A stretch of DNA of 64,000 bases. Source: Candidatus Latescibacterota bacterium. Lineage in GTDB: Bacteria > Latescibacterota > UBA2968 > UBA8231. Position 1 is the first letter of the stretch. Every line of letters starts with the position of its first letter. The translations under genes and the position numbers were made by a program. This document shows positions 47,893-57,330 of the stretch, piece by piece. The notes under the pieces are model-generated. The model had not been told where the DNA came from. It searched no databases and saw only the letters and a list, made by a program, of their open reading frames with translations. The stretch spans positions 2,784,001 to 2,848,000 of the forward strand of contig OZ241889.1 of the NCBI GenBank assembly GCA_965203355.1. The letters run 5' to 3'.

Positions 47893-48093
47893 AGAAATGG
47901 GCTACCCCCTGAGAATGTACGTACAGTGTGTGCAGAATTAGCTAGCACTAAAAAATATAAGGGGGTGGGTGATTTGGCAAATTCAAATCACCTTGGTTAT
48001 TATAGATAGGCAGCAAGGGATGCTCTCGCATGCCGGGGAGCTCAACACCAAGACTATAAAGTCGAGATTTAACTTCTTGGATGGAGATATAGC

Positions 48094-49113
48094 ATGAGCG
48101 TTTTTTCGCGTTTTTTTTCGCATGAAATAGGCATAGACTTGGGCACCGCCAATACCTTGGTGTATGTCAAAGGCAAGGGAATCGTCCTCAACGAACCCTC
48201 GGTTGTCGCCCGCCAAGTCTCTACTCAAAAAGTCATTGCCGTTGGTGCGGAGGCCAAGGAAATGATAGGGCGTGAGAACGCTGGGATTCAAGTAATTCGC
48301 CCTTTGAAAGACGGCGTTATCGCTGACTTTGAAGTTACCGAAGAGATGATTCGCAGTTTTATCCGCAAAGTGAAAAAGAACAAACTTTTCGTGCGGCCCA
48401 AGATCGTAGTAGCGGTCCCGGCAGGCAGCACTGAAGTAGAGACGCGGGCCGTACGAAACTCCTGCGAGCGCGTGGGAGCCAGAGAAGTCCATCTGGTTAG
48501 CGAGCCGATGGCCGCGGCTATCGGCATGGGATTGCCCGTTCATCAGGCCGTCGGCTCAATGGTTGTCGATATTGGTGGCGGGACGACGGAGGTCGCCGTA
48601 ATTGCCCTTTCCGGTCTAGTCGAACACGAGTCGCTGCGGGTGGCTGGGGAAGCTATGGATTTGTCAATTTCCGAGTGGATGCGCAGAAAGCACAACCTGC
48701 TTATTGGCGTCCAAGGTGCCGAGAGCATCAAGTGGAAAATCGGGTCGGCGAGGGAATTGGAAACAGAAGAGAGGATGCCGGTGCGCGGTCGCGACACCGT
48801 AGCCGGGCTACCCAAAGTTATGCAGGTAGATTCTGTTGAGATACGAAAAGCCCTATCCGGTTCCGTGGATCAAATCGTCGCCAGCGTACGCCGAGTGCTG
48901 GAGAGGATGCCGCCCGAATTGGCGGGCGATATCCTCGATAGGGGCATGGTGCTTTGCGGTGGTGGGAGTATGCTACGGGGGTTGAGAGAACACCTACTTG
49001 AGGCGACGAATTTGCCTACGTATATCGATAGTGAAGATCCCCTCTCGGCCGTAGTGCGGGGCAATGCCCGCATTCTCGAAGAGTTTGATAACTATCGCCA
49101 AGTTTTGCTCTAA
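48094..49113 (+). CDS. mreB: Rod shape-determining protein MreB
   Basis: IGIDLGTANT, NEPSVVA, EPMAAAIG, VDIGGGTTE. Confidence 0.96.
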   Translation: MSVFSRFFSHEIGIDLGTANTLVYVKGKGIVLNEPSVVARQVSTQKVIAVGAEAKEMIGRENAGIQVIRPLKDGVIADFEVTEEMIRSFIRKVKKNKLFVRPKIVVAVPAGSTEVETRAVRNSCERVGAREVHLVSEPMAAAIGMGLPVHQAVGSMVVDIGGGTTEVAVIALSGLVEHESLRVAGEAMDLSISEWMRRKHNLLIGVQGAESIKWKIGSARELETEERMPVRGRDTVAGLPKVMQVDSVEIRKALSGSVDQIVASVRRVLERMPPELAGDILDRGMVLCGGGSMLRGLREHLLEATNLPTYIDSEDPLSAVVRGNARILEEFDNYRQVLL

Positions 49114-49120
49114 CTGAGTT

Positions 49121-49882
49121 ATGACCAATACTCGGGAGCTCATCGTCATTGGACTCGCTTTTGCCTGCGCCTTGATCTTGATGGGCTTACCTACATCCTA
49201 TAAGACCGCTATTGCCGAGCACTGCCAAGCCGGTTTGGCGGCATCGGGACAAGCACTGTTTTCGCGAGTCATCCGCTCTACGCGCCACGAGGAAAAGAGC
49301 CATTTTCTTCTGACTCAAAACGTAGCTCTAGCCCTTGACAACATGCAGCTCCAAGAAGCGGGATGGGAAAATATGCGCCTGCGCAAGGCGCTATCTTTTA
49401 GGCCGCTAGACGGGGGTACGCGTGTTATTTCTGCCGAGGTGATCGGCCGCGACCCCGACCACATCTACGACGTGATAGTCATCAACGTGGGGCGCGACCA
49501 CGGCGTGGATAAAGATATGCCCGTGATGACACCTGAAGGGCTCGTCGGGTACATTGCCCAAGTCGGCGGATCGGACTCAGTCGTGCAGCTGTTGATGCGC
49601 ACTAGAGTGAGTGCTTTGATCCAAGCGACGCGTGCCCAAGGCATCGTCTCGTGGAGCGACGGCCAGTTCCGGTTGCGATTCGTCGAATCGAGCAACTTGG
49701 TGCGGGAGGGCGATTTAGTCGTATCATCAGGGTTGGGCGGGCGATACCCCAAGGGCATACCGATCGGCACGGTGGTGGAGGTGAATCAGGAGAAACGAGC
49801 TCCAGTTTTTTTGCGGGTTATACTCAAGTCGATTGTGGATTTCTCTGCCCTCGAAGAGGTTTTCGTGCTCGGCAGAGACTAA
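49121..49882 (+). CDS. mreC: Rod shape-determining protein MreC
   Basis: N-terminal TM, ENMRLRKAL, EGLVG, VSSGLGGRYPKGIPIG. Confidence 0.92.
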   Translation: MTNTRELIVIGLAFACALILMGLPTSYKTAIAEHCQAGLAASGQALFSRVIRSTRHEEKSHFLLTQNVALALDNMQLQEAGWENMRLRKALSFRPLDGGTRVISAEVIGRDPDHIYDVIVINVGRDHGVDKDMPVMTPEGLVGYIAQVGGSDSVVQLLMRTRVSALIQATRAQGIVSWSDGQFRLRFVESSNLVREGDLVVSSGLGGRYPKGIPIGTVVEVNQEKRAPVFLRVILKSIVDFSALEEVFVLGRD

Positions 49883-49898
49883 GAGAATGCCACTCACC

Positions 49899-49927
49899 TT
49901 GACAGAGCATAAGCCGTGCCATATTCT
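49899..49927 (+). promoter_or_regulatory. Sigma70 promoter for the HU-bS22-tRNA unit
   Basis: TTGACA-N17-TATTCT. Confidence 0.65.
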
Positions 49928-49983
49928 CTAAAGCTATCTATTGGCGTGATAGTTACGCAATTTCAACCCATCCGAATGAGAGT

Positions 49984-50331
49984 GTGGTCTTGACGAAAGC
50001 TGACATCGTGCGTCTAATCGCCGAGAGAACAGGGCTTACCAAGACAGATACTGAGGCTGTGGTCAATGGCTTTATTGAATCCGTAGTCGAGGCTTTGGAA
50101 CGGGAGGATCCTATTGAAATTCGCGGTTTTGGCACCTTCAAAGTCGTCGTGCGCGCACCGCGTACCGGTCGCAATCCACGCACGGGTGCCGAAGTAAAAA
50201 TCGCCAGTCGCAAGGCCCCGATATTTAAGCCCTCAAAGGAATTGCGGGCGAGCGTCAATGGGGAAAACGCAGAGGACAAAGGTCCAGGAGATAAAAAAGA
50301 TGCCCTGTGGCAGGAAGAGAAAGCGGCATAA
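49984..50331 (+). CDS. hup: HU/IHF family DNA-binding protein
   Basis: TKADIV, IEIRGFGTF, RTGRNPRTG, FKPSKEL. Confidence 0.92.
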   Translation: MVLTKADIVRLIAERTGLTKTDTEAVVNGFIESVVEALEREDPIEIRGFGTFKVVVRAPRTGRNPRTGAEVKIASRKAPIFKPSKELRASVNGENAEDKGPGDKKDALWQEEKAA

Positions 50332-50392
50332 GATCGCTACGCACAAGCGCAAGAAGAGACTGCGCAAGAATCGACATAAGAAGAAGGTCTAG
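50300..50392 (+). CDS. bS22/mS38-like (AURKAIP1/COX24 domain) small ribosomal protein
   Basis: Not in the ORF track. MPCGRKRKRHKIATHKRKKRLRKNRHKKKV*, with an AGGAG RBS at 50286-50290. Confidence 0.88.
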   Translation: MPCGRKRKRHKIATHKRKKRLRKNRHKKKV

Positions 50393-50397
50393 GCTAG

Positions 50398-50474
50398 GGG
50401 CTAATAGCTCAGCTGGATAGAGCGCCGGTCTCCGGAACCGGAGGTCCCAGGTTCGAATCCTGGTTAGCTCACCA
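50398..50474 (+). tRNA. tRNA-Arg(CCG)
   Basis: GGGCTAA/TTAGCTC acceptor stem, CCGGT-CT-CCG-GA-ACCGG anticodon arm, GTTCGAATC, CCA end. Confidence 0.96.
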
Positions 50475-50507
50475 TTTTGTCACCAGACTATGGTCGGATA
50501 ATTGTGT

Positions 50508-50585
50508 CGGGGTGTGGCGCAGCCCGGCTAGCGCGCTTCCTTGGGGTGGAAGAGGTCGCTGGTTCAAATCCAGTCACCCCGACCA
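50508..50585 (+). tRNA. tRNA-Pro(GGG)
   Basis: CGGGGTG/CACCCCG acceptor stem, CTTCC-TT-GGG-GT-GGAAG, GTTCAAATC, CCA end. Confidence 0.96.
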
Positions 50586-50619
50586 TTTTTTGTAGGTAGA
50601 TAGAGATGCTTGCCCACGT

Positions 50620-50697
50620 CGGGGTGTAGCGCAGCCCGGCTAGCGCACCTGCTTCGGGAGCAGGGGGTCGCCGGTTCAAATCCGGCCACCCCGACCA
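50620..50697 (+). tRNA. tRNA-Pro(CGG)
   Basis: CGGGGTG/CACCCCG acceptor stem, CCTGC-TT-CGG-GA-GCAGG, GTTCAAATC, CCA end. Confidence 0.96.
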
Positions 50698-50700
50698 CTA

Positions 50701-50745
50701 TTAAGTCCCTGTGAGCTTTTGACTTACAGGGGCTTAATTTTATTT
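50701..50745 (+). terminator. Hairpin/terminator after the tRNA cluster
   Basis: TTAAGTCCCTGTGAG...CTTACAGGGGCTTAA stem with G-U pairs, followed by TTTTATTT. Confidence 0.7.
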
Positions 50746-50757
50746 GCGATATGAAGT

Positions 50758-51837
50758 ATGGCTCTTTCCATCGGCATAATCGGCTTGCCCAATGTGGGCA
50801 AATCAACGCTCTTCAATGCGCTGACAGGAGATGGGGCTGAGGTATCTAATTACCTATTTTGCACAGTGGCCCCCAATATAGGTACTGTTGAAGTGCCGGA
50901 TTCGCGCTTGGAGCGGTTAAGCGAGGTCATTCAGCCGCAATCGACAACGCCTACGAGCCTCGGCTTTGTCGATATTGCCGGGCTGGTGCGGGGCGCAAAC
51001 CAAGGGGCCGGGTTGGGCAATCAATTCCTCTCCCACATCAGAGACGTCGATGCCCTAGTTCACGTGGTGCGCTGTTTTGACGACCCGCAAACAAGCCATG
51101 TAGATGGGGCGATTGACCCCTTCCGCGATATTGAGACTATTGAAACGGAGTTGCTGCTCGCTGATTTGGCGGTGATGGAAAAGGCCGTGCCCTATCTAGA
51201 CAAAGTGGTCCGCTCTGAGCCGCGTAGCACACGAGCACACGAGCTGGCGGCCTGCGTCAAGGTCTTAGCGGGATTGCAGCGTGGAATAGGCGCGATGGCG
51301 ATGGGGTTGACCCCAGCAGAAAGGGACGCGCTCACTACGTATAGCTTGCTGACGGCCAAACCAGTGCTTTATGCGGCCAACGTTGGAGAAGTAGAAGGGC
51401 CGTGGGTGAATCGGCTAGTCGAACGCTATGGAGAGGACCAAGTACGGGTCGTCTCGGCGCGATTCGAGGAGGAAATGGCCGGTTTGAGCCCAGAGGAGAG
51501 AGCGGAATTCGTCCGGGAATTGGGGCTGGAGCACAAGGGGATAGAGTCCCTAGTCCAGGCCGGGTACAAGCTGCTGGATCTGATTACCTTCTATACGCTC
51601 GCCAATGGCAAGCTACAGGCTTGGCAGTTGCCGCGCGGGGAAAAGGCACCTAAAGCGGCCGCGCGGATCCACACGGATATGGAGCAGGGGTTCATCCGCG
51701 CCGAGCTAGCCTCAGGTGAGCAGCTCATTACTATGGGGGGCTGGGCACCGCTGAAAGCAGCCGGACAACTGCGGAGCGAAGGCCGGGATTACATCGTCGC
51801 TGATGGGGATGTAATCACCTTTCTTTTTAAGACTTGA
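50758..51837 (+). CDS. ychF: Redox-regulated ATPase YchF
   Basis: GLPNVGKSTLFN, VDIAGLVRGA..GLGNQFL, IHTDMEQGFIRAE, EGRDYIVADGD. Confidence 0.95.
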   Translation: MALSIGIIGLPNVGKSTLFNALTGDGAEVSNYLFCTVAPNIGTVEVPDSRLERLSEVIQPQSTTPTSLGFVDIAGLVRGANQGAGLGNQFLSHIRDVDALVHVVRCFDDPQTSHVDGAIDPFRDIETIETELLLADLAVMEKAVPYLDKVVRSEPRSTRAHELAACVKVLAGLQRGIGAMAMGLTPAERDALTTYSLLTAKPVLYAANVGEVEGPWVNRLVERYGEDQVRVVSARFEEEMAGLSPEERAEFVRELGLEHKGIESLVQAGYKLLDLITFYTLANGKLQAWQLPRGEKAPKAAARIHTDMEQGFIRAELASGEQLITMGGWAPLKAAGQLRSEGRDYIVADGDVITFLFKT

Positions 51838-51964
51838 GGCCCAGAAGAATCGTCTGGCGGAACGCTTTTTGGGTTTTGACGGAAGGTACTAGGTCGCCTA
51901 TCTTCTGCCGTCTAAACAAGATTGAAACTCGTGGCTAGGTGGCTATGGTCGAAGCGGCAGACGC

Positions 51965-52795
51965 ATGGTAATTTGGGCAAAAATCATCTTGGCAGTGACC
52001 CTACTGGGCTGGGCTGCATGGTATCTCGATCCGGTTGAGTTACTTGCGGCCCTGGGGCAGGTTGGGAGGAATAAAGTGCTCATTTGCGGAGTCATTGCCC
52101 TAGTGGGTATCGGCGTACAATGGATGAAATGGCAGCTATTGTTGCGCGATCAAATCCCGCAGACCAACGGGCGCGATGCGCTCTATTCGCTGCTGGGCGG
52201 TGCCGCCCTCGGCTTGGTGACACCGAGCCGTTTGGGCGAGTTGGGCCGCGGCATTTTCTTGGGCCGTAGCCGGGCCAAGGCCGCCTGGCTGACAGTCGTG
52301 GACAAGTTGAGTTCGGCCGCGGTCACGTTGGGTTTGGGGGCCGTAGCCGCCTGGATTTTATGGCCCCAGTTTAGGGGCTTTTTGCTGTTGCTGTTGTGTA
52401 TCCTCGGCGCACTGCTGTATTGGGGCTGGTGCCGCCGGAAAGCGAGCGGGCCCGTTGCATGGGGGGCTATCGCCGGGTTATCCGTCTTGTTTAACGTGGT
52501 ATTCATGGCGCAATTTTTCTATCTAGTCACCGCCAGTGTGGCTGTCAACTCAGCCGTTGTATTGGCGGTGCCAGTGATATTTGCTCTGAAAACGCTGCTG
52601 CCCTTGGGATTTTTGGATCTAGGAGTCCGCGAGGCCGCGGCCATTCTGGTGTTTAGCAGCTTGGGCTTAGAGCCGCAATCTGCTTTTGTGGCCAGTATCC
52701 TGATTTTTATCTGCAATGTGTGCTTGCCGGCTGGCTTGGGCTGGCTGTGGATTGGTGGCCGCCGATGGCGGATGATGGGAAAGGTCGCCTTATGA
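51965..52795 (+). CDS. Lysylphosphatidylglycerol synthase TM-like (UPF0104) protein
   Basis: QWMKWQ, VTPSRLGELGR, VVDK, LGVREAA; TTGACG-N17-TATCTT upstream at 51876-51904. Confidence 0.82.
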   Translation: MVIWAKIILAVTLLGWAAWYLDPVELLAALGQVGRNKVLICGVIALVGIGVQWMKWQLLLRDQIPQTNGRDALYSLLGGAALGLVTPSRLGELGRGIFLGRSRAKAAWLTVVDKLSSAAVTLGLGAVAAWILWPQFRGFLLLLLCILGALLYWGWCRRKASGPVAWGAIAGLSVLFNVVFMAQFFYLVTASVAVNSAVVLAVPVIFALKTLLPLGFLDLGVREAAAILVFSSLGLEPQSAFVASILIFICNVCLPAGLGWLWIGGRRWRMMGKVAL

Positions 52796-53514
52796 ATTCG
52801 GCGTATGCAATAAAAAAAGAAATATGCGAAGTAGGGCACAGAGTCTATCAGCGCGGATACGTAGCGGCCAACGACGGCAATATCAGCGTCCGCATAGAGG
52901 ACGACCTAGTGCTGTGTACGCCGACCGGAGTCAGCAAGGGCTATCTGAGTGCAGACATGCTAGCCACCTGCGATATGCAGGGCCAGCAAGTAGCGGGATC
53001 GCTGAAAATATCGTCGGAAATCCGCATGCACCTCGAAATCTACAAGTTGCGACCCGATGTCCGTGCCGTCGTCCACGCCCATCCGCCGACCGCGACCGGT
53101 TTTGCCGTCGCTGGCCTAGATCTGACTCAGTGCGTATTGCCCGAAGTTATCGTCAGTCTCGGGGGCATTCCACTCGCGGATTACGGCACGCCCGGTGGGC
53201 CCGATATCGTCGAACCGATGAAGCCGCTGTTGCGGCAATATGACGCTGTTCTAATGGCCAATCACGGAGTGGTAACCGTGGGCCAACACGTCATGGACGC
53301 CCATTTCAAGATGGAGACTGTCGAACACTTTGCCCAGATCGCCTTGGTGGCGCACCAACTCGGCCGGGTCCGCACACTGGCGGGCAAAGAGGTGGAAGAT
53401 CTCACGAATCTGAGAAAGCGCTTTGGAATTGGGGATCGGCCGTCCTGTGAGGTGGCCGGAGCAAGCGATCTAGTCGAGCGGATTACCGAGGAAGTTTTGC
53501 GCCAGCTACGCTAG
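52792..53514 (+). CDS. Class II aldolase/adducin family (fuculose-1-phosphate aldolase-like)
   Basis: ANDGNISVR, TPTGVSK, SSEIRMH, VHAHPP, MANHG; start set at ATG 52792. Confidence 0.9.
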   Translation: MNSAYAIKKEICEVGHRVYQRGYVAANDGNISVRIEDDLVLCTPTGVSKGYLSADMLATCDMQGQQVAGSLKISSEIRMHLEIYKLRPDVRAVVHAHPPTATGFAVAGLDLTQCVLPEVIVSLGGIPLADYGTPGGPDIVEPMKPLLRQYDAVLMANHGVVTVGQHVMDAHFKMETVEHFAQIALVAHQLGRVRTLAGKEVEDLTNLRKRFGIGDRPSCEVAGASDLVERITEEVLRQLR

Positions 53515-53525
53515 CTTCGTACGCG

Positions 53526-54536
53526 ATGCGAGGGAGTATGAGGTTTATAGGACTAATCGCCGCGGTAATCGGGATCGTAGCTCCGGCCAGTGGCCAAGCC
53601 ATTGTCGAGGCGGTCCAGCGCGGCGATTCCCTGTTGACGCAGGGTCAACCTAAGCAGGCGTTAGCCGAATACGAAAAGGCGCGTGTATTAGGGGCTGGCA
53701 GCGCGATATTTCTCTATCGCTTAGCCAACCTTTACATGCAGACCGGCGGCTATCGTCAGGCGGCTGAATCGCTGCAAAAATCGCTCGCTGAAGACCCTAG
53801 GCAGCTTCCCGTATATTCGGCGTTAGGGGAGGCTTTTTTGGCCATGGGCCAGCTAGATTCGTCCATTTTTTACGTCGAACAAGCAAGTATTCTGGCCCCG
53901 TCCTCAACTCAAGTCCACAGTACCCTTGGTGATCTCTACATGCAGGCTGGTCAGAGCGAAAGGGCGCGAGAACGCCTCGAGCGGGCCTTGGCACTAGATG
54001 CCAAAAACGCCGAAGCCTATCGCTTATATGGATATTACTACGCGGAAAAGGACTCGATAGATCAAGCTATCGAACACTTTCAAAAATTGGCGGAGTTGGC
54101 GCCGGACCAGATCGAAGCCTACAATAACATCGCCTTTCTCCTCGCCGGTGCCGGACGCTATGCCGAAGCACTTGAGTACTACAAACGAGCTGAAGATCTG
54201 GCGCAGGATCCCTATCTGGCCCAAGCAATTACGGCCAAAATCGAAGAGATACAGGCGCGGCTGGCCGGTGAGATGCGGGCACGCTACATATTGGTCAAAA
54301 CAGAAGCATCCGCACGCGGAATCCTCGCAAAGATGGCTCGAGGAGCCGATTTTTCCCAATTAGCGCAGCAGCTTTCCATTGCACCTAACGCCAATCAAGG
54401 CGGGGATTTGGGGTTTTTTGGGCCGGGTGAACTCAGGCCCGAAATTGAAGAAGTCGTAGTGAGACTGAAAGTTGGGGAACTAAGCCCGGTCGTGGAATTG
54501 CCCATAGGATACATTGTAGTACAGAGATTGAACTAA
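53526..54536 (+). CDS. Exported TPR protein with C-terminal PpiC-type parvulin domain
   Basis: Signal peptide, about 6 TPR units, RARYILV..FSQLAQQLS..GGDLGFF. Confidence 0.85.
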   Translation: MRGSMRFIGLIAAVIGIVAPASGQAIVEAVQRGDSLLTQGQPKQALAEYEKARVLGAGSAIFLYRLANLYMQTGGYRQAAESLQKSLAEDPRQLPVYSALGEAFLAMGQLDSSIFYVEQASILAPSSTQVHSTLGDLYMQAGQSERARERLERALALDAKNAEAYRLYGYYYAEKDSIDQAIEHFQKLAELAPDQIEAYNNIAFLLAGAGRYAEALEYYKRAEDLAQDPYLAQAITAKIEEIQARLAGEMRARYILVKTEASARGILAKMARGADFSQLAQQLSIAPNANQGGDLGFFGPGELRPEIEEVVVRLKVGELSPVVELPIGYIVVQRLN

Positions 54537-54767
54537 AATAAGTCGCGGCCAGGGCACCCTTGGATGCACCTGACCGCTGAGGGAGGGATACGAACCATAA
54601 CCAGAATGGCTCGCATAGCTTAAACGCCCTAAGAAGATAGAGGTTCCACGTTAGTGCTATTTTTTTGCATTTTCAATACGCGACGACGAGCCAGCCGAAA
54701 ACAAGGACGAAATAAATGCCCCTTTTGGCTGAACAAGCCCTGATTCACCCCAACGGAGCGAGTTGGC

Positions 54768-56132
54768 ATGCCCTATTACTATGATGCCTGGTTCCAGTGT
54801 CTCAATTGCGACGACGAGTACTACCGGCTAAACGAAATAGTCTATCACTGTCAAAGGTGTGGGGGGCTGCTCGAAGTACGCCACAACATGGAAGCCTTAC
54901 AGCGGCGCTCGGGCGGCGAGTGGCGGACGCTATTTGATCAGCGCTACATGAGTTCGGTGCATCCGTATGGGAGTTCGGTTTGGGGAAAAAAAGAGATCGT
55001 TTGCCCCCTCGTCGAAGACGAAAACGTGGTCTCTATGTACGAAGGGGGAAGCAATCTGCTTTGGGCCGAGCGCTTGGGGGCCGAACTGGGCATGGAAGAT
55101 CTGTGGATAAAGCAATGCGGCAATAGCCACACGGGTTCGTTTAAGGATTTGGGTATGACCGTATTGGTTTCCATGGTCAACCAGATGATTGCCGAGGGCC
55201 AGTCTATACCGGCAATAGCCTGTGCTTCAACCGGGGACACCTCGGCGGCACTGGCCGCGTATTGCGCGGCTGCCGGCATTCCGGCAATCGTGTTGTTGCC
55301 CAAAGACATGGTCTCTACCGCCCAACTCATTCAGCCCATAGCCAATGGTGCGTTGACGCTCGCTCTGCGCACCGATTTCGACGGGTGCATGGCCTTAGTG
55401 CAGGAAATCTGTCGCCGCGACCAAATCTATCTGGCCAACTCGATGAACTCACTCCGCATTGAGGGGCAGAAGACCATCGCGATAGAGCTGTTACAGCAAT
55501 TTCACTGGGAGGTTCCCGACTGGGTCGTTATTCCGGGCGGCAATCTGGGCAATGTCAGTGCCTTGGGGAAGGGGTTTATCGAGGCCAAGCAAATGGGGCT
55601 TATCAACAAACTGCCGCGCCTTGCCGTCGCCCAATCCGCTCAGGCCAATCCGCTCTATCTCAGTTATCTGGACAGGTTCCGCACCTTTGAGCCCCAAACG
55701 GCCCGCGATACCTTGGCCAGTGCCATCAAGATCGGCAATCCCGTAAGCCGGGAGCGGGCCATTCGCACCTTGCAGTCGTTTGACGGCATCGTCGAAGAAG
55801 CCACGGAAGACGAGTTGGCCAATGCCTGTGCCAGGGCCGATCGCAATGGGCTGTTCACCTGTCCGCACACAGGCGTCGCCTTAGCCGCACTAGAGAAAAT
55901 GATCGCAGCCGGGCAAATCGAATCCGAGAGCCGGGTGATCGTAATCTCCACGGCGCACGGGCTGAAGTTTCCAGATTTCAAGGTGAAATACCACGAAGAC
56001 CAATTGCGGGAATTTCACGTCGAGCCGAAACATCGCAATAGGCCCATCGAGATCGAAGCCGAATACGAAGCCGTGCGACGGGCTGTCCTCGAAGCCATAG
56101 AGCAGCGGCCGCTGGCTACGGCCCTCCACTGA
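54768..56132 (+). CDS. thrC: Threonine synthase (plant-like subtype)
   Basis: N-terminal CxxC/Cxx[51 protein letters not shown]. Confidence 0.95.
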   Translation: MPYYYDAWFQCLNCDDEYYRLNEIVYHCQRCGGLLEVRHNMEALQRRSGGEWRTLFDQRYMSSVHPYGSSVWGKKEIVCPLVEDENVVSMYEGGSNLLWAERLGAELGMEDLWIKQCGNSHTGSFKDLGMTVLVSMVNQMIAEGQSIPAIACASTGDTSAALAAYCAAAGIPAIVLLPKDMVSTAQLIQPIANGALTLALRTDFDGCMALVQEICRRDQIYLANSMNSLRIEGQKTIAIELLQQFHWEVPDWVVIPGGNLGNVSALGKGFIEAKQMGLINKLPRLAVAQSAQANPLYLSYLDRFRTFEPQTARDTLASAIKIGNPVSRERAIRTLQSFDGIVEEATEDELANACARADRNGLFTCPHTGVALAALEKMIAAGQIESESRVIVISTAHGLKFPDFKVKYHEDQLREFHVEPKHRNRPIEIEAEYEAVRRAVLEAIEQRPLATALH

Positions 56133-56144
56133 AAGAGCAATAGA

Positions 56145-57326
56145 ATGAGCCACGATGATTTTGCCGGAGAATCGACCCGTTCGGTACACGGAGGGGTGGA
56201 ACGGGATAAGTTTGCCCAGTCCCTCATAGATCCGATCGCCCAGACAGCTACCTATACCTTTGCCGATCTAGATGAATTTGCCGCCTTTAAGGCCGGCGGA
56301 AAATCGCTCTACGAATACGGGCGCTATGGCAATCCGACCCAGCGGGCGGCCGAGCGTCGAATAGCCGCTTTAGAAAACGCCGAAACCGCTTTACTCTTTC
56401 CGTCGGGCATGAGCGCGATTACCTCGGTGCTCTATGCAATGCTGCGCAGCGGGCAGCACTTGGTGCTGATGGAAGATTGCTATCGCATGACGGCCAAGTT
56501 CTGCGGAGTCTTGGCCAAATTCGGGATTGAATCGACCGTAGTTAAGCCCGGTAACATGGATGCGTTGGCGGCTGCGGTGCGCCCGGCGACTCGCTTGATC
56601 TTTACCGAGTCGCCGACCAACCCCCATTTGCACGTCCTCGATTTGGAACAACTCGTCGCTTTTGCCAAACAGCATCGTCTCAAGGTTATCATCGACAGCA
56701 CCTTGGCCACGCCGGTCAATCAGCGGCCGCTCGATTTTGGGGTTGATTTGGTCATCCACAGTGCCACCAAATACCTCGGTGGGCACAACGATCTGATGGC
56801 GGGTGCCATCTGCGGCAAGGCTCCTTTAGTCGAGGCGATTGGCGAATACCAACGGATATCGGGTGGGATCGTCGATCCCAACACCTCATTCTTGTTGATC
56901 CGAGGGCTGAAGACGCTGGCATTACGCGTTCTGCGGCAAAACGATACAGCCTTGACAGTAGCTCGGTTTCTAGAATCTCATCCCAAGATTCGCGCCGTCT
57001 TTTACCCGGGCCTCGAAAGCCACGTTGATCACCGCGTCGCCAAAGAGCAAATGCGCGGTTTTGGCGGATTGATCAGCTTTGAAATCGACGGCACCCCCGA
57101 GCAGACGCGGAATTTCGTCCATCGGCTAGCCCTGCCTTATATCGCACCGAGCTTGGGTGGGGTGGAGACGCTGGTCTCGCATCCAGCGACTGTTTCCTAT
57201 TACGATTTAAGCCGGAAGGAGCGGCTGGCTATTGGTATCACCGACCAATTGGTGCGCTATGCCGTGGGCATTGAGGACGCCGATGAGCTAATCGGCGATA
57301 TAGAGAGGGCGCTTGCAGAGGTCTAA
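56145..57326 (+). CDS. metB: Cystathionine gamma-synthase (plant-like)
   Basis: YEYGRYGNPT, DCYR, FTESPTNP, HSATKYLGGHND, PYIAPSLGG, SYYDLS. Confidence 0.85.
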   Translation: MSHDDFAGESTRSVHGGVERDKFAQSLIDPIAQTATYTFADLDEFAAFKAGGKSLYEYGRYGNPTQRAAERRIAALENAETALLFPSGMSAITSVLYAMLRSGQHLVLMEDCYRMTAKFCGVLAKFGIESTVVKPGNMDALAAAVRPATRLIFTESPTNPHLHVLDLEQLVAFAKQHRLKVIIDSTLATPVNQRPLDFGVDLVIHSATKYLGGHNDLMAGAICGKAPLVEAIGEYQRISGGIVDPNTSFLLIRGLKTLALRVLRQNDTALTVARFLESHPKIRAVFYPGLESHVDHRVAKEQMRGFGGLISFEIDGTPEQTRNFVHRLALPYIAPSLGGVETLVSHPATVSYYDLSRKERLAIGITDQLVRYAVGIEDADELIGDIERALAEV

Positions 57327-57330
57327 GCAG

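Noticed and set aside
48094-49882. mreBC without mreD/mrdA, and E2 (8785-9984) without E1/E3
   Set aside because: Split operons are common and the partner genes may lie outside this window.
50398-50745. tRNA cluster as an integration site
   Set aside because: No integrase or duplicated tRNA 3' end was seen; the two tRNA-Pro genes are complete with different anticodons, and ychF follows.
54537-54767. SAM-I riboswitch or T-box before thrC-metB
   Set aside because: The core consensus elements were not found; kept only as a low-confidence structure finding.
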